64,000 nt of DNA from Candidatus Nomurabacteria bacterium (GTDB taxonomy: Bacteria > Patescibacteriota > Minisyncoccia > Phycocordibacterales > UBA9973), in contig JAPLXS010000006.1 in the NCBI GenBank assembly GCA_026395965.1, positions 10,851 to 74,850 of the forward strand. Direction: 5' to 3'. The notes under the pieces are model-generated. The model was not told where the DNA came from. It did no database searches and worked only from the letters and a program-made list of their open reading frames with translations. Both the position numbers and the translations under genes were made by a program. Numbering within the stretch: the first letter of the stretch is position 1; every line of letters begins with the position of its first letter. This document shows positions 20,697 to 30,687 of this stretch, piece by piece.

Positions 20697-23303
20697 TTAT
20701 TTTTTTCTTAAAACCTTTTTTAAATATTTACCTGTATGAGATGCTGGAGTATTTGCAACTTCCTCTGGAGTACCTTTTGCTACTATATTTCCACCACCAT
20801 TACCACCTTCAGGACCAATATCAATAATGTAATCTGAATTTTTAATAATATCCATACTGTGCTCAATAAGCACAACACTATTACCCTTGTTTACAAGCTT
20901 GTTTAAAACTTCTAAAAGCTTTGCAACATCATCATAATGAAGTCCGACAGTAGGTTCATCAAGTAAGTAAATAGTCTTCTCTAGGTGTGGACGATAAAGC
21001 TCAGAAGAAATTTTAACTCTTTGAGCTTCCCCACCAGACAGAGTTGTTGCTGATTGACCAAGTTTAACATAGCCAAGTCCTACATCATTTAAAGTTCTAA
21101 TCCTGTCGTAGACATTTGGAATATCTTCGAAAAATACCAATCCTTCTTCTACTGTCATCTGCAAAATATCATGAATATTTTTCTTTTTGTATTTTATAGT
21201 TAGAGTTTCTTTGTCAAATCTTTTACCATTACACACATCACAAGTAACATAGACAGTAGGCAAGAAATGCATCTCTACAGCTATCTCTCCGTTACCTTCA
21301 CATGCTTCACAACGTCCACCTTTTACATTGAAAGAGAATCTATTTGATTTCCAACCACGAAGTCTAGCTTCATCAGTACTTGCGAAAATATCTCTAATAA
21401 AAGTAAATGACCCCGTATATGTAGAAATATTTGAACGAGGAGTTCGTCCTATTGGAGACTGATCTATAAGGATAGCACGAGATAAATACTCTGTACCTGT
21501 AAATGATGCACAATTAAATATTGTAGCTGTTCTAAACTTTCGTTCATAACGAGCCTGAAGATTTTTATGTAAAATTTCATACATAAAAGAACTCTTACCT
21601 GAACCTGAAACTCCGGTTATAACAACCATTTTACCAAGAGGAACTTCTACATTCATATTTTTAATATTAAAAACTTTTCCACCAACTATTTTTAGAGAAC
21701 CTTTGTCAGCAGTTCTTCTCTTTTCTGGAATCTCTATTTTAAGTTCATTTCTAAGATACCCCAAAGTCCTTGATTTTGAAGGATTGGTAGATGCATCCAA
21801 TAATTTTTCTAAATAATCAGCAACGATAACCTCGCCTCCATGAACACCTGCCTTGGGCCCAATATCTATAATATAATCTGAAGCATATATAGTATCTTCG
21901 TCATGCTCAACAACAATGATAGTATTTCCTATATCTCGAAGATTTTCTAAGGTTTTTATCAAGCGATCATTATCGCGTTGGTGAAGTCCTATAGTAGGCT
22001 CATCAAGAACATAAAGTGCTCCTACAAGTCTTGAACCCAACTGACTTGCAAGTCTAATACGCTGAGCTTCTCCTCCTGAAAGAGTATTTGCTTTTCTATC
22101 TAAAGATAAATAATTTAATCCTACATTGAGTAAAAATTGAAGTCTTGCTTCTATTTCTTTTACTATCACTTTTGAAATTTCTTTTTCTTGTTCATTTAAA
22201 GTAAGTTCTATAAAAAAATCTGAAACATGATCAATAGATAAATGAGTAAGATCTACAATATTTAAACGTGTTTTAGTTTGACCTAAAAATACATTCAATG
22301 CTTCTGGTCTCAATCGAGAACCTTTACAATCATCACAAGGTTCTGTCCCTCCAAAGTATTTAGAACCCAAACCATTACATGTTGGACATGCTCCATAAGG
22401 AGAATTGAATGAGAAAAGTCTTGGTTCTATTTCAGGAAATGCAAAACCATCTCTAGGACAAGAAAATTTTGAAGATAATAAAAATTCATCATCTGCTATT
22501 TTTATAATAACTAAACCATCTGATTCTATGAGTGCGCGTTCTACAGATTCAGAAAGTCTCATACGAGCATCACTAGGATTGTCTTTGAATTCATGAATAA
22601 GAAAAGAATCAACTACAACTTCTATATCATGTTTTTTAGTTTTTGAAATATCTATCCTTTCTCTTAATTTTTTTATTTCTCCGTCCATTCTAACTTCAGA
22701 AAAACCTTTATTTAACAAGTCATAGAGCAGCTGATAATATTCGCCTTTTCTACCACGCACCACAGGAGACAATATAGATATAGGTGTTTCGTCCCATTCA
22801 ACTCCTAAAACTTTTTTCTTATTATTATTTTTTTTAACTAATTTTATTTTATCAAGAGCGAAATTTATAATTTCTTCATTTGAAAGTTTTTTAATTTCAT
22901 CTCCACATTCTGGACAATGAGGCTTGCCGATTCTTGCATACAAAACACGCAAATAATCATATATCTCTGTGATAGTAGCTACAGTAGAGCGAGGATTATT
23001 TGAACGGGATTTTTGATCAATAGAAATAGCAGGAGAAAGACCAGAAATCTCATCTACGTCTGGTTTTGGCATTTGGTTTAAAAACTGACGAGCATATGCA
23101 GAAAGAGATTCAACATAACGACGTTGTCCTTCAGCGAAAATAGTATCAAAGGCAAGAGATGACTTTCCAGAACCTGACATACCAGTAATAACCACCATTT
23201 TATTGCGTGGCATTTCTACACTAATGTTTTTAAGATTATGAGTACGAGCTCCTTTTATTATTATTTTTCCTTCTTCATTTTTTTTCATTTTATATTCATT
23301 CAA
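20697..23303 (-). CDS. uvrA: Excinuclease ABC subunit A
   Basis: Two ABC ATPase domains ([26 protein letters not shown] twice) and zinc fingers. Confidence 0.97.
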   Translation of the reverse strand: MNEYKMKKNEEGKIIIKGARTHNLKNISVEMPRNKMVVITGMSGSGKSSLAFDTIFAEGQRRYVESLSAYARQFLNQMPKPDVDEISGLSPAISIDQKSRSNNPRSTVATITEIYDYLRVLYARIGKPHCPECGDEIKKLSNEEIINFALDKIKLVKKNNNKKKVLGVEWDETPISILSPVVRGRKGEYYQLLYDLLNKGFSEVRMDGEIKKLRERIDISKTKKHDIEVVVDSFLIHEFKDNPSDARMRLSESVERALIESDGLVIIKIADDEFLLSSKFSCPRDGFAFPEIEPRLFSFNSPYGACPTCNGLGSKYFGGTEPCDDCKGSRLRPEALNVFLGQTKTRLNIVDLTHLSIDHVSDFFIELTLNEQEKEISKVIVKEIEARLQFLLNVGLNYLSLDRKANTLSGGEAQRIRLASQLGSRLVGALYVLDEPTIGLHQRDNDRLIKTLENLRDIGNTIIVVEHDEDTIYASDYIIDIGPKAGVHGGEVIVADYLEKLLDASTNPSKSRTLGYLRNELKIEIPEKRRTADKGSLKIVGGKVFNIKNMNVEVPLGKMVVITGVSGSGKSSFMYEILHKNLQARYERKFRTATIFNCASFTGTEYLSRAILIDQSPIGRTPRSNISTYTGSFTFIRDIFASTDEARLRGWKSNRFSFNVKGGRCEACEGNGEIAVEMHFLPTVYVTCDVCNGKRFDKETLTIKYKKKNIHDILQMTVEEGLVFFEDIPNVYDRIRTLNDVGLGYVKLGQSATTLSGGEAQRVKISSELYRPHLEKTIYLLDEPTVGLHYDDVAKLLEVLNKLVNKGNSVVLIEHSMDIIKNSDYIIDIGPEGGNGGGNIVAKGTPEEVANTPASHTGKYLKKVLRKK

Positions 23304-23425
23304 TCGGTTTAAGATTATATATAACCTTAAACCAAGATATGCCCCACATTCATTCTATATGAGGGTATATCAATATTTAACTACTTGCATAATAACACAA
23401 ACAACTATATTTGACAAATAAACCT

Positions 23426-25540
23426 TTAATTTAAATCTTTAGGGAAAAGTTTATTATTTAATGCTACTATTTCATCTCTCAAGATTGCAGCTGTTTCAAA
23501 ATCTAATTCTTTGACAGCTTTATTCATTTCTTTTTCTTTTAGGTTTACAATCTTTTGGTAAATAATTTTATTTCTATCTTGATCTGAGAGCAACAAATTT
23601 TTGATAGATTCTCTCTCACCTTTTCCTTTATTACTTTTATCTTTTATAAATGCCTTCTTAAATAATTCTACGTCTAAATCAAGCTCTGCTCCGACTGCTT
23701 TTTCGTGTTTATTTTCTAATTCTTCTGTAATATCTTTTATCTTTTTTATAATTGTTTTCGGAGTTATACCATTTTTCTTATTATATGCTATCTGTATATT
23801 ACGACGACGAGTAGTTTCTGCTATTGAGTTAGTTAGTGCATCATTCATAATATCTGCATACAAGATAACCCGCCCTTCTACGTTGCGAGCAGCACGTCCT
23901 ATTGTTTGTATAAGAGACGTCTCAGAACGCAAGAAACCAGCCTTATCGGCGTCTAGGATGCCTATGAGAGCTAATTCTGGTAAATCCAAGCCTTCACGAA
24001 GCAAGTTCACTCCTACTAGTATATCCATATCACCCTTTCTGAAAGCGGTAAGAATTTGAATACGTTCTATAGTTTTAATCTCACTATGTAGGTATTCTGC
24101 TTTCATTCCTTTTTCTTTTAAATATATAGATAAATCTTCTGCCATTTTTTTGGTCAAAGTTGTAGCTATAACTCTAAATCCTTTCTTTATTGTTTTTTCT
24201 GCTTCAATAATAAAATCTTGAATTTGGCCAGGATAATTTTTATCATTTGTAGAAGCAGAAACAGGTTTTACTATTATCTGCGGATCAATGAGCCCGGTTG
24301 GACGAATTATTTGTTCTACTATTTGCTCACTTGTAGATTTCTCTTTTTCACTAGGTGTAGCTGATACATATATAACTTGTCCTGTTCTTTCTTCAAATTC
24401 AGCTATTTTAAGTGGGCGATTATCTTTTGCTGATGGCAATCGAAAACCAAACTCGACAAGAGTATTTTTACGAGAGGCATCTCCTGCATACATACCACCT
24501 ATCTGAGGAAGAGTTACGTGAGATTCATCTATAATAGTTAGAAAATCATCTTTAAAATACGACAACAAAGTTTCAGGTGCCTCACCTTCTTTCTTGCCCG
24601 ACATTTGTCTTGAATAATTTTCAATACCATTACAATAACCAACTTCTTTTATCATAGCCAGGTCATAGCTAGTTCTTCTTTTTATTCTTTCAGCCTCGAG
24701 AAGCTTCCCTTCTTTTTCAAATTTTTTTAACTGTATATCTAGTTCTGATTTTATATTTTTGGCTGCTTTTTTTAATTGGTCTTTATTTGTAATAAAATGT
24801 TTGGCAGGAAAAAGAAAAATATTATTTTCTTCTTTTATTATATGAGAAGAAACTGGATCTACTTTTGCTATTCTAGAGATAACTCCACCCTCAAATTCAA
24901 CTTGAAAAATAAATGTTTCAGAGATTGGCATTATCTCTACTTTTTGCCCGATAGATCTAAATCCTCCTGGAATAATATCTGCATTTGTACGTTCAAAATG
25001 AATTATTACTAATTTCTTCATCAGTTCGATACGTTCTATTTTCATTCCAACTTCGAGTTTTAGATTTACCTTTTCGTAATCATCTGGACTACCTAAGCCG
25101 TAAATACATGACACTGAAGCTACAATAATAACGTCGGGGCGAGTAAGTAAAGACTGAGTAGTCGCATGTCTCAAACGGTCTATTTCTTTATTTATTTGAG
25201 CATCTTTTTCTATGTATGTATCAGATGCTGGCATGTAAGCTTCTGGCTGATAGTAGTCATAGTAGGACACAAAATAATGAACTGCAGCATCAGGAAAAAA
25301 CTCCCTAAACTCTTGTGCAAGCTGAGCTGCAAGTGTCTTATTGTGAGCTATGATCAGAGTTGGTCTGTTCCATTCTGCTATAATATTTGCAACTGTAAAA
25401 GTTTTACCTGTACCGGTAGCTCCCAACAATGTCTGCTTTTTCATTCCATTTTTTAAGCCTTTTAGTAATTCGGAAATAGCCTTTGGCTGATCACCATCTG
25501 GTTTGAATTCACTCTTTAATTTAAAAACTTTATTTTGCAT
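23426..25540 (-). CDS. uvrB: Excinuclease ABC subunit B
   Basis: GATGTGKTFT, YYDYYQPEAY, DESH, NLLREGLD. Confidence 0.97.
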   Translation of the reverse strand: MQNKVFKLKSEFKPDGDQPKAISELLKGLKNGMKKQTLLGATGTGKTFTVANIIAEWNRPTLIIAHNKTLAAQLAQEFREFFPDAAVHYFVSYYDYYQPEAYMPASDTYIEKDAQINKEIDRLRHATTQSLLTRPDVIIVASVSCIYGLGSPDDYEKVNLKLEVGMKIERIELMKKLVIIHFERTNADIIPGGFRSIGQKVEIMPISETFIFQVEFEGGVISRIAKVDPVSSHIIKEENNIFLFPAKHFITNKDQLKKAAKNIKSELDIQLKKFEKEGKLLEAERIKRRTSYDLAMIKEVGYCNGIENYSRQMSGKKEGEAPETLLSYFKDDFLTIIDESHVTLPQIGGMYAGDASRKNTLVEFGFRLPSAKDNRPLKIAEFEERTGQVIYVSATPSEKEKSTSEQIVEQIIRPTGLIDPQIIVKPVSASTNDKNYPGQIQDFIIEAEKTIKKGFRVIATTLTKKMAEDLSIYLKEKGMKAEYLHSEIKTIERIQILTAFRKGDMDILVGVNLLREGLDLPELALIGILDADKAGFLRSETSLIQTIGRAARNVEGRVILYADIMNDALTNSIAETTRRRNIQIAYNKKNGITPKTIIKKIKDITEELENKHEKAVGAELDLDVELFKKAFIKDKSNKGKGERESIKNLLLSDQDRNKIIYQKIVNLKEKEMNKAVKELDFETAAILRDEIVALNNKLFPKDLN

Positions 25541-25541
25541 T

Positions 25542-26933
25542 TTATTTTGAATACTTATTTAAAAATTCATTTTTAAAATCATGAAATGTATTATTTAAAA
25601 TTGAGTTACGCATGTCTGAAACTAGTTTAGTTATAAAATATATATTGTGTATTGAAGCAAGTGTAGCCCCCAACATTTCTTTTGCACGGAAAAGATGAGA
25701 CATATAACTTCTGGTGTAGTTCTTGCAAGTATAGCACTCACAGCCTTCATCTATAATATTAAAATCTTCAACAAATTTTGCATTTAGAATATTTATTTTA
25801 CCATTTTTTGTAAACATAGTTCCATTGCGAGCTATACGAGTAGGACCTACACAATCAAAAAGATCTACTCCATTTTCAACTCCCATAAATAAATCAATTG
25901 GTTCGCCTATTCCCAATAAATGGCGAGGTTTTTCTTCTGGAAGAATTTCATTTACCCACTTAACAGCAGTAGACATATCTTCCTTTGCAAATGAACCACC
26001 AATACCAAAACCATCAAAATCCATACTTCCAATAACCTCTGCGGATTTTTTACGAAGTATTTCTGAGCGTCCACCTTGAACGATACCGAAGAGTGCCTGA
26101 GGCAGAACCTGAAGATTTTGCTCAGGCGAATTGGTCTGGCCCCTCGTCCTTCCTCGTCCGAGGACCTGAGAATGAGCAAAATCTTCAGGTTCTGCCTTAA
26201 TCGAAGCAGGAATTTTTAGAGATACAACCTCAGATTTGTCGAAAGGTTGGACCCCTAAAACTTTCTGCGAAGCTTTATTTTCTTTAATATTTTCTAATTC
26301 TTTATGTTTAGTTAAACTCCTCTTTGCCCATGCGTGAGTACGGGAAAGAGCTTCTTCTTGATATTTGTCATTTTCAGTAGGAGAAGTACATTCATCAAAA
26401 GCAAAAATAATATCTGCTCCGAGATTGTGCTGAATCTCTATCGATTTTTCTGGAGTAATATAATGAAGTGAACCATCTATATGTGATCTAAAAGATACTC
26501 CATCATTACCAACAACTGCAAGTCTTGGAATACCATCATCAACACTTGAACGTTCTGCTATGAGCAAACTAGGGTCAGTAACTGCAATAACTTTTGATAT
26601 TTCTTTTCCATAAGCAACTCCTAAAGAAAAAACTTGAAAGCCACCTGAGTCAGTCATTAGAGGACCAGACCAATTCATAAATTTATGTAACCCACCCGCA
26701 TCACGAATAAGTTCATCTCCTGGTTGTAAATATAAATGGTAAGTATTGGCAAGTGTTACTTGAACTTTGTCTGAAATTAGTTGTTCTGTTGTAACACTTT
26801 TAACAGTTCCTTTCGTACCAACTACAACAAAAGATGGTGTAAGGATATCACCATGTGGAGTAGAAAGTACTCCTGCCCTTCCCAAAAAATTTGGGATTTT
26901 CTTTTCTATTTTAAAATTTAATGCTTTTTTCAT
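25542..26933 (-). CDS. tgt: tRNA-guanine transglycosylase with about 60-aa repeat-derived insertion
   Basis: TDSGGFQVFSL, FGIVQGG, DLFDCV, CECYTC..HN. Confidence 0.93.
   Translation of the reverse strand: MKKALNFKIEKKIPNFLGRAGVLSTPHGDILTPSFVVVGTKGTVKSVTTEQLISDKVQVTLANTYHLYLQPGDELIRDAGGLHKFMNWSGPLMTDSGGFQVFSLGVAYGKEISKVIAVTDPSLLIAERSSVDDGIPRLAVVGNDGVSFRSHIDGSLHYITPEKSIEIQHNLGADIIFAFDECTSPTENDKYQEEALSRTHAWAKRSLTKHKELENIKENKASQKVLGVQPFDKSEVVSLKIPASIKAEPEDFAHSQVLGRGRTRGQTNSPEQNLQVLPQALFGIVQGGRSEILRKKSAEVIGSMDFDGFGIGGSFAKEDMSTAVKWVNEILPEEKPRHLLGIGEPIDLFMGVENGVDLFDCVGPTRIARNGTMFTKNGKINILNAKFVEDFNIIDEGCECYTCKNYTRSYMSHLFRAKEMLGATLASIHNIYFITKLVSDMRNSILNNTFHDFKNEFLNKYSK
26100..26197. mobile_element. 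MITE-like element (family B) in frame within tgt
   Basis: 25-bp perfect inverted repeats 26100-26124 and 26173-26197 around a GC-rich core shared with 63444-63479. Confidence 0.7.
26206..26268. repeat. Family A REP doublet in frame within tgt
   Basis: ttttagagatacaacct-N13-aggttggacccctaaaa. Confidence 0.85.
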
Positions 26934-26992
26934 ATATTTTGTAATTGTGGATAACTATTGCATATACGATATATATATTGTATACTACAAAT

Positions 26993-27068
26993 ATCTTAGG
27001 GTTTTAGTCATAAAACTTTAAGGGTATTACATCCAAGGGTAGCCCTCCGCAAGGAGGGCTACTTTTAT
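26993..27068 (+). ncRNA. Candidate ~75-nt small RNA convergent with the NYN gene
   Basis: TTGCAT-17-TATACT promoter (26958-26986), 12-bp hairpin, 16-nt linker, GCAA-tetraloop terminator with T-tract; no gene inside. Confidence 0.45.
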
Positions 27069-27069
27069 T

Positions 27070-27642
27070 TTAAGACTTATCATCTTTATGTTTTAACTCT
27101 CTTCCCCAAATGTCTGCTTCTATCTTTAATACATCAAAGTATCCATCTCCCCCTGTTCTTAATTCTTGGGATATATTATTTTTTGAAGAAAAAGTAAAAA
27201 CTTTTTTTCCATCATTACGTAAATAATTTACTAATGCTAGAAAATCTGAATCGCCAGTAAATAAAATAGCTGTATCATATTTTTTACAAAAATGCATCGC
27301 ATCTATTGTCATTTCAACATCCATATTACCTTTTTCTTGTATTAAATCACCTAAATCACTATGCTCCACAATTCTTTTTAATTCCTTTTTTCTAACAGTA
27401 AAACCTAAACCCTTTTTAAGATAAGTATAAAATTTATGTTTTGAATCCTGGCTTTTTTCTCTAGTCCCTTCCTTAGGATAAGCAGTATAGTAAAATATTT
27501 GAATATCTGAGGCATTAAATTTTTCTTTCAAAAAAAACTTAAGTTTTTCAAAATCAAACATTCTTCCTTTTACCTTTTGAGCCTGCCAAAGATTTGATGC
27601 ATCTATAAATACATATATAATTTTTTTATTTTCATCAATCAT
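27070..27642 (-). CDS. NYN / LabA-DUF88 PIN-like nuclease
   Basis: FIDASNL, KGNMDVEM, TGDSDF acidic motifs. Confidence 0.88.
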   Translation of the reverse strand: MIDENKKIIYVFIDASNLWQAQKVKGRMFDFEKLKFFLKEKFNASDIQIFYYTAYPKEGTREKSQDSKHKFYTYLKKGLGFTVRKKELKRIVEHSDLGDLIQEKGNMDVEMTIDAMHFCKKYDTAILFTGDSDFLALVNYLRNDGKKVFTFSSKNNISQELRTGGDGYFDVLKIEADIWGRELKHKDDKS

Positions 27643-27671
27643 AATTAACTACCATAAGACTTAAAAAATAA

Positions 27672-28775
27672 TTATTTACCTGACTTAGTTCTATTATCCT
27701 CTTTACACAACATCTGACAATTATCAGCAATAGTTCTTCCTCCTTCATGCCATGGTTTTATATGATCAGCTTCCATATCTCCAATTGAAAATTCTTTTTT
27801 ACAAAAAGGACAAATACCATCTTGTCGTTCATATGACTCTCGTTTCATATTTGATGTAAATGCTCGAATAGAAAGATATCTCTCTTTTTTAGTAAGTACA
27901 TATGGATAAATACCAGATTTTTTTGTTACATCTTCATCTTGCATTAATTCTTTGATTTCGTTCTCAAGTTTTTTAGAATCAAGTTTTTTATCATTAAATG
28001 TATTATAAAGTTCACCCCAATTTACGCTAGACATTTCTTTTCTATAATTAGGAAAAACTTCTCGCACCCAATGAATTACATTTTGAAAATATTGCCATAG
28101 TTTATCCGCATTTTTATCGTGCTGATGTTTTGACATATAATCTTCTATCTCTTCATCATTTATCCATGATAATGCAGTTTCTAAATATTCTTGTCGAATT
28201 GGAGAACCAGTTATTAATTGCCCTCCGTCATTTGCAAGCAAATATGCAGCACAATTTGTTTTACTAAATTTTAGTTTTACATCAGAAAGCCACGGTCCTG
28301 TATATACGGCATTTCTAAGTTCTTGATTCGTTAATTCCATTCCCGCAATATTGATAATCTTAAACCAATCAAGCTTTTCTTTCTCTTCTCCTTCGCAATG
28401 ATAAATCATAAGTTCATAATTTAAAATCTGTTCTTGTTCTTCTTTGGTTAAATTATGAAACATTGCGGTTCGTCCATTGAAATCAATTGAAAAATCACCA
28501 TTTACATATTGAGCTATACTAATTGTTCTTTGTTGTCCATCAAGTACTTCAAAATTTCCGTCTTCCTTTTTTACCCAATACATAACATTAAGTGGAAAAT
28601 CCTTTTTAATTGTTTTGATTACCTCGTCACGATGTTTAACATCATATACAAATTCTCGCTGGTATTTTGGACGAATATCTAATTTACCACCAAAAGCAGA
28701 TACTCCTTCTTCGGCGCTATCTTTATAGTCTTTTACAACTTCTTCAATTTTAATTTTATGTAAATCTATTTTCAT
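27672..28775 (-). CDS. DUF262 (GmrS/ParB-like) plus C-terminal HNH endonuclease
   Basis: YQREFVY, LDGQQR; CPFC..EADHIKPWHEGG..NCQMLCKEDN. Confidence 0.88.
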   Translation of the reverse strand: MKIDLHKIKIEEVVKDYKDSAEEGVSAFGGKLDIRPKYQREFVYDVKHRDEVIKTIKKDFPLNVMYWVKKEDGNFEVLDGQQRTISIAQYVNGDFSIDFNGRTAMFHNLTKEEQEQILNYELMIYHCEGEEKEKLDWFKIINIAGMELTNQELRNAVYTGPWLSDVKLKFSKTNCAAYLLANDGGQLITGSPIRQEYLETALSWINDEEIEDYMSKHQHDKNADKLWQYFQNVIHWVREVFPNYRKEMSSVNWGELYNTFNDKKLDSKKLENEIKELMQDEDVTKKSGIYPYVLTKKERYLSIRAFTSNMKRESYERQDGICPFCKKEFSIGDMEADHIKPWHEGGRTIADNCQMLCKEDNRTKSGK

Positions 28776-28776
28776 A

Positions 28777-29871
28777 TTATTTTTTTACCTTTTTATTTCT
28801 TATAACTATTCGAACATAAGTAGGTTTACCATTTATTGCACCATCTTTATCTTTAATAAGTCCGTGATCTTTAAATGGCACTCTATCATTAGTTCTGATG
28901 TTATTTGAGCTTATTATTTCAAATTGCGCTGGGTTATATTTATCTAAAAATGTTATTGGCACCCCCATTGCTCCTTTATAATCCATTGGAATATCACTTA
29001 CTTTGTCAATATTTATAGCTTTATAATTGTCATATTCTAGAAATTCTTTTGGTGAATATTTTTTATATAAAGTCATTTCTTGGTGACGTTTTATAGTATC
29101 TAGGTTTGTAAACCACATAATACGCCCCATACTAAAAAATTTTATATTATTTTCAATTTTTATTCTCGTCTCTGTTTCTATATTATAATCATCAGGAACT
29201 TGGAACCATTTAGTTCCACCATTATCATAGCCAAGCCACAACTTATCTTCTTTAATCAATTTAAAAGTTTCTTTATATGTGATAGCATTTTGATCACCAA
29301 GAATCAAAAATTTTTTATTATATTCAACTAATTGTGCAACATATTCTCTAAATAATGAAAAAGGAGGGTTAGTTACTACAATATCCGCCTGTTTTAAAAG
29401 TTCAATACTTTCTAGACTTCGAAAATCTCCATCGCCATTCATAGGCAACCATTCGTTGTTTTTATTTGCTTTTAGTTGTTCTGCAATATCACGCAAATCA
29501 AAAGCACCGTCACCATCTAAATCATGAACTTCATTTATAATAAATTTATTAGCATTCACTTTTGGACGACCTTTTACCGAAACAAGTGTTTTATCATTAC
29601 CAAATAATGCCAACTGAGTATTGGCAATTGGTGAAGGTTTATAACTAGTAGCAATAAGCCTTTTTAAACCAAGAGCATTAAAGTTTGATGCAAAATATTT
29701 AAAAAAATTACTTTCAAAAGGATCATCACAGTTACAATATACTACTTTGTTACGAAATTGTTCCTTGTAGTGTTTTAACTCTTTTTCAATATCAATAAGC
29801 TGAGTATAAAACTCATCCTTTTTTGCTTTGTTTGCCTTATGTAAATTATTATTTAATGATTTAGTAACCAT
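28777..29871 (-). CDS. Adenine-specific DNA methyltransferase, EcoRI-methylase-like family
   Basis: DEFYT, YCNCDDP, GDGDFRS, VTNPPFSLFREY, MGVPITFLDKYNP. Confidence 0.88.
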   Translation of the reverse strand: MVTKSLNNNLHKANKAKKDEFYTQLIDIEKELKHYKEQFRNKVVYCNCDDPFESNFFKYFASNFNALGLKRLIATSYKPSPIANTQLALFGNDKTLVSVKGRPKVNANKFIINEVHDLDGDGAFDLRDIAEQLKANKNNEWLPMNGDGDFRSLESIELLKQADIVVTNPPFSLFREYVAQLVEYNKKFLILGDQNAITYKETFKLIKEDKLWLGYDNGGTKWFQVPDDYNIETETRIKIENNIKFFSMGRIMWFTNLDTIKRHQEMTLYKKYSPKEFLEYDNYKAINIDKVSDIPMDYKGAMGVPITFLDKYNPAQFEIISSNNIRTNDRVPFKDHGLIKDKDGAINGKPTYVRIVIRNKKVKK

Positions 29872-29889
29872 ATTCTATATTATACATTT

Positions 29890-30687
29890 TTAATCTTTTT
29901 TTACTTGTATCCACTTAATATTCTGAACATTTACAGGCGAACTAAGAATAACCTTTTTAAAAGGATCAGATGGTTTTGATAATACTTCATCTATAACAGC
30001 AACAACTAAAGATGAACTTCCGGGCAAGTAGACTAGTGTTCCTTTTGGAGCAGACAAATCAATAGGAATAATCATTTCAAAATTTCCTCCTCCTCTACCT
30101 GTTAATTCAACACTAGCATTTGTAATATCCATAAATCCTTCAGTTTTGAAACCAGGATTTGTATATAAAGAAACCAATGAGGTTTTGTCATAAACTTTAC
30201 TTATGGTGCCGATAGGTATATTGCCACTAGCATAAACTTGATCACCTTCTTTAATATTCAAAGAACTTCCTATATCGATTATAAGAGTATCATATGGTGA
30301 ATTATTTGGTTTAGAAAGAATATTTCCAAGTATAAAATTATGTGTAGCAGGAACACGTCCCAATAGTTCTTTAAGTTGATTATTTTCATTTTTTAAAATT
30401 TGATAATCAACCATAGACAATTTAGTCCATGAAATTTCTTCTATTAAATTATGATTCTCTTTTGAGATAGCAGATTTTGTACGAAAAAAATAGTTAACAT
30501 TATATATACCATCTGTTACAAATTTCTCTACTCCCCAGATAGGTCTACCAACAAAATTAAACATTCTTCCTGACCAAGAAAAAAATCCTAATACTGACAA
30601 AATAAAAAAAATACCAAAACCTATTGCGTTTCGAATAATTTTTTTTCTTTTTATTATTTGTTTTTTATCTTGGAACTGATATGTCAT
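29890..30687 (-). CDS. mreC: Rod shape-determining protein MreC
   Basis: N-terminal TM, coiled coil ENNQLKELL, beta domain; directly downstream of mreB. Confidence 0.85.
   Translation of the reverse strand: MTYQFQDKKQIIKRKKIIRNAIGFGIFFILSVLGFFSWSGRMFNFVGRPIWGVEKFVTDGIYNVNYFFRTKSAISKENHNLIEEISWTKLSMVDYQILKNENNQLKELLGRVPATHNFILGNILSKPNNSPYDTLIIDIGSSLNIKEGDQVYASGNIPIGTISKVYDKTSLVSLYTNPGFKTEGFMDITNASVELTGRGGGNFEMIIPIDLSAPKGTLVYLPGSSSLVVAVIDEVLSKPSDPFKKVILSSPVNVQNIKWIQVKKD

Noticed and set aside
23575-23645. Extra segment near the UvrB C-terminus as another repeat insertion
   Set aside because: Only a weak tgagag/ctctca pairing and no family motif.
25542-26933. Intein or self-splicing intron as the explanation for the Tgt insertion
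   Set aside because: No intein terminal motifs, too short for a group I or II intron, and largely explained by two palindromic repeats.
26946-26954. DnaA box TGTGGATAA suggesting oriC
   Set aside because: A single intergenic box with no cluster and no dnaA nearby.
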